A stretch of 64,000 nt of DNA from an uncultured Chloroflexia bacterium (GTDB lineage: Bacteria > Chloroflexota > Chloroflexia > Thermomicrobiales > CFX8), in the NCBI GenBank assembly GCA_963729445.1, contig CAVSNU010000002.1, forward strand, positions 392,327 through 456,326, given 5' to 3'. Below, in pieces: positions 63,011 to 64,000 of the stretch. Within the stretch, counting starts at the first letter, position 1; each line of letters starts with the position of its first letter. The notes under the pieces are model-generated. The model was not told the origin of the DNA. It worked only from the letters and a program-made list of their open reading frames with translations, and did no database searches. The position numbers and the translations under genes are program-made.

Positions 63011-63396
63011 TGCGTCAGACACTCCGCCACCTCAAAACTCCCCGGTTTCTACACCGCGTTGCTGTCAACTTGCTGTCATCCCCAGTCAGCGATATACCCG
63101 AACGCGTCAGAATGAAGGTGTTCTCGTAGAGTTCGATCTGGATCACATTCGGGGACTCGCGTTCTTCCTCAATGGACTGTTCGTGGCTTCTACCGGCTAC
63201 GACATTTCTCCTCCTGCACATCTGATCCAGTAGTGAACGTCCCTAGCGACTGCAGTTTGAGCTGGGACCATACTACCTTGACCGTTGCCATCAAATGCTC
63301 GATCATACAGAGTATGCATGTGCATGAAAATTGCGTAATATCCAGGCACCCAGTGGCTAAATCCGAAGCGGCGCCGGAACACGATCAAGGATATGT

Positions 63397-64000
63397 ATGC
63401 CCAGACTGACTGAACAGGAACAACAAGAGATCATCCGCTTTCTGGAGGCCGACAAGCCGCTGCCGGACAAGTACCGCTTTCTGCTCTTTGAGGACAAGCG
63501 CGAGGTGGAGCTGGTCTGGAACGGCAAGACCAGCGAGGTCAGCAACATCGTGCTGCCCTTTCAGACCATCGAGCAGGTGGACGAACCGCGCGCCGGAAGT
63601 CTCGAAGCACCAGACCCGCTATTCCAGTGGCCGGCATCTCGATCTGATTCGCGCGGCCGCCAGCTCAAGGGCTGGACCAACAAGCTCATCTGGGGCGACA
63701 ACAAGCTGATCCTATCCTCGCTCAAGAACGGTCCGCTGCGAGAGGAGATCGAGCGGCAGGGTGGTCTGAAGCTGATCTACATCGACCCGCCCTTCGACAT
63801 GGGCGCCGATTTCTCAATGGACATCGAGATCGGCGGCGACACCTTCACCAAGAAACCCAACATCCTGGAAGAGATCGCCTACCGCGACACCTGGGGAAAG
63901 GGAGCGGATTGCTTCATCGCCATGATTTACGAGCGGCTGATCTTGATGCGCGACTTGTTGGCCGAGGATGGCATTATCTATGTCCATATAGGTCCGCAAG
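63397..64000 (+). CDS. site-specific DNA methyltransferase (N6-adenine/N4-cytosine, Mod/type III-like), 5' part only
   Basis: Absent from the ORF track because it has no stop inside the window. I translated it by hand: MPRLTEQEQQEIIRFLEADKPLPDKYRFLLFEDKREVELVWNGKTSEV...GWTNKLIWGDNKLILSSLKNGPLREEIERQGGLKLIYIDPPFDMGADF...EIAYRDTWGKG...IYVHIGPQ. The catalytic DPPF motif is at 63784-63795. Confidence 0.8.
   Translation, partial: MPRLTEQEQQEIIRFLEADKPLPDKYRFLLFEDKREVELVWNGKTSEVSNIVLPFQTIEQVDEPRAGSLEAPDPLFQWPASRSDSRGRQLKGWTNKLIWGDNKLILSSLKNGPLREEIERQGGLKLIYIDPPFDMGADFSMDIEIGGDTFTKKPNILEEIAYRDTWGKGADCFIAMIYERLILMRDLLAEDGIIYVHIGPQ

Noticed and set aside
63015-63388. Two short minus-strand ORFs (68 and 63 aa) between the tRNA and the methyltransferase, considered as real genes such as a toxin-antitoxin pair or an integrase remnant.
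   Set aside because: There are no RBSs and no recognisable motifs. The ORFs overlap each other in different frames and have atypical composition. They may be debris of an older insertion, but I cannot support a call.

Overview
High-GC, gene-dense bacterial chromosomal window with about 60 protein genes, one tRNA, and no rRNA, CRISPR array, transposase or integrase. All family calls below come from reading motifs in the supplied translations and DNA, because no searches could be run.

The intergenic palindromes (GTCATCCTGAGCG...GCGAAGGATC and GTAGGGG/GTAGCGG hairpins) and the wall enzymes and CHRD proteins carrying LGFP-like repeats suggest a Chloroflexota/Thermomicrobia-like genome. This is inference only.

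Housekeeping content:
- NfeD-SPFH pair, folC, rpsU, ctc (L25), proS-rsmG-dxs, and an alaX-aminotransferase pair.
- PduO-type adenosyltransferase, S41 Ctp protease, Mo-oxidoreductase and family III CoA-transferase.
- An MFS / GS-like / amidohydrolase / MOSC string.

Envelope and accessory content:
- A CAP-domain protein, a Tat-signal amidase and a YkuD L,D-transpeptidase.
- A LysM-C39-like protein and two glycosyltransferases.
- Two very large secreted proteins, one with CHRD domains and one with 104-aa tandem repeats.

Main leads:
1. tRNA-Leu(CAA) at 62861-62943 is followed by an AT-richer spacer and an N6-adenine/N4-type DNA methyltransferase ORF. That ORF is absent from the ORF track and runs off the right edge. 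This is a possible island or defence-locus boundary.
2. Five reading-frame anomalies (rpsU, ctc, a GT4 gene and both giant secreted proteins) all lie between 15.3 and 28.8 kb.
3. There are at least two families of nested palindromic intergenic repeats.
4. An LGFP-like module is shared by five secreted proteins.
5. A membrane-anchored protein carries an RNA-polymerase alpha-CTD-like domain.
6. An RskA-type anti-sigma factor has no adjacent sigma factor.

I do not see a complete, clearly novel multi-gene system inside the window. The best candidate is truncated at the right edge.
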